A stretch of 64,000 nucleotides of DNA from an uncultured Clostridia bacterium. GTDB taxonomy: Bacteria > Bacillota > Clostridia > Christensenellales > CAG-314. Where the stretch lies: NCBI GenBank assembly GCA_947625115.1, contig CANQND010000006.1, positions 72 through 64,071 of the forward strand, written 5' to 3'. Made by a program: the position numbers and the translations under genes. Positions 62,964 through 64,000 of this stretch are shown piece by piece. The notes below the pieces were generated by a model that saw only the letters and a program-made list of their open reading frames with translations, was not told the origin of the DNA and ran no database searches. Within the stretch, counting starts at the first letter, position 1; each line of letters opens with the position of its first letter.

Positions 62964-63731
62964 ATGGGAAAAATCATTGCGTTTTCAAATCAAAAGGGCG
63001 GCGTGGGAAAAACGACCACGGCGATAAACCTTGCCGCATACGTTGCAATTGCGGGCAGGAAAGTTATGCTTGTGGACTTCGATCCGCAAGGTAACGCCAC
63101 CAGCGGTTACGGAATAGAAAAAAATATGCTACAAAGCACCGTTTACGACGTCCTGATGGGGTACAACACAGTAAATGAAGTTGCATTGAAAGCCGTTATT
63201 CCCAATTTGTGGATATTGCCGAGCAACAGCGATTTGGCGGGAGCGGAAGTGGATTTGGTACGTATGCCCGCGCGCGAAAGCACGTTAAAACGCGCGCTTG
63301 CGCCCGTCAAAGAGGACTACGACTACATTTTCATAGACTGTCCGCCCAGCCTCGGTCTGCTCACGCTGAACGCAATGGTTGCTTGCGACAGCGTGATAAT
63401 TCCCATACAGAGCGAATTTTTTGCGTTGGAAGGCGTTACGCAGTTGTTGAATACTTTCAAAATTGTAAAACAGCGGCTCAATCCGCAAATACAGATAAAC
63501 GGCGTGGTACTTACAATGTACGACACAAGGACTACGTTATCCAAGCAGGTCACTGCGGAAATTTACAAATATTTCAGCAGTAAAATTTACACCGTTCCCG
63601 TACCTCGCAACATAAAGTTGGTGGAATCTCCGAGTTTTGGCGTTCCCGTTGTGTTGCACGCGCCCAAATCCAACGGCGCAATGGCGTATCAAGCGTTGGC
63701 AAAACAGTTTTTGGAAAGAGAGGAAGGTTAG
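62964..63731 (+). CDS. soj: ParA/Soj chromosome-partitioning ATPase
   Basis: Deviant Walker A NQKGGVGKTTT. IDCPPSLG. ATG at 62964. Confidence 0.9.
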   Translation: MGKIIAFSNQKGGVGKTTTAINLAAYVAIAGRKVMLVDFDPQGNATSGYGIEKNMLQSTVYDVLMGYNTVNEVALKAVIPNLWILPSNSDLAGAEVDLVRMPARESTLKRALAPVKEDYDYIFIDCPPSLGLLTLNAMVACDSVIIPIQSEFFALEGVTQLLNTFKIVKQRLNPQIQINGVVLTMYDTRTTLSKQVTAEIYKYFSSKIYTVPVPRNIKLVESPSFGVPVVLHAPKSNGAMAYQALAKQFLEREEG

Positions 63732-63737
63732 TTGAGT

Positions 63738-64000
63738 ATGGCAAACAAAGGATTAGGAAGAGGTTTGGCGTCTTTGATGGGGCTTAACAACATCGACGAT
63801 ATCGAAAACGTACAGCAAACCGCGCAAAATCACGAAGATGGGGGCGCGAATTCGGACGTTGTGGTGCGTATCGCGCTTTCGGAAATAGACCCCAACTACG
63901 AACAACCGCGCAAAAAATTTGACGAAGAGGCATTGCAGGAACTTGCCGAAAGCATAAAATTGCACGGCGTTATTCAACCCATCGTGGTAACCCCGATAGG
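63738..64000 (+). CDS. spo0J: ParB/Spo0J partition protein (5' part; runs off the window)
   Basis: [15 protein letters not shown], then [35 protein letters not shown]. Confidence 0.85.
   Translation, partial: MANKGLGRGLASLMGLNNIDDIENVQQTAQNHEDGGANSDVVVRIALSEIDPNYEQPRKKFDEEALQELAESIKLHGVIQPIVVTPI

Overview
This 64-kb window looks like chromosomal DNA from a spore-forming Firmicute, probably a Clostridia-like organism. Evidence: a gerAA/AB/AC operon, AGGAGG-type ribosome-binding sites, TTGACA-17-TATAAT promoters and intrinsic terminators. Most of it is dense housekeeping DNA of roughly balanced GC. It includes murC, rpmE, two ABC exporters, a phosphosugar mutase, lepB, rlmH, ychF, uppP, gltX, radC, pepV, mscL and one tRNA-Pro(CGG). 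The right-hand third carries the replication-origin gene set (dnaA, dnaN, rpmH-rnpA-yidD-yidC-jag, mnmE-mnmG-rsmG, parA-parB), but in a permuted order. dnaA is inverted and lies about 7 kb from dnaN, and a DnaA-box cluster sits upstream of dnaN. Two visibly AT-rich islands interrupt the backbone. Island 1 (about 230-5018) is a tightly coupled four-gene restriction-modification operon: an HTH controller, an m5C methyltransferase, an m6A methyltransferase and an HNH nuclease. Island 2 (about 36.7-40.9 kb) lies just downstream of tRNA-Pro. It encodes two tandem SPPY-motif methyltransferases coupled to a 433-aa chimeric protein. That protein has a nuclease-like N-terminus, only the last motif of a PHP domain, and only the C-terminal lobe of an ABC/SMC-type ATPase, with no Walker A. 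This is my best candidate for an undescribed defence or restriction variant. Other notable items: (1) a 254-bp tandem array (3 units plus 34 bp) that repeats the 3' part of rpmE with its terminator, with almost only synonymous differences between copies; (2) an operon of a SpoVK/CbbX-type AAA+ protein with a degenerate first AAA module plus two YbjN-like paralogues, with a third paralogue 40 kb away; (3) a 27-bp perfect direct repeat bracketing a one-gene cassette; (4) a possibly leaderless dnaA. All calls rest on motif recognition by eye; no database search was run.
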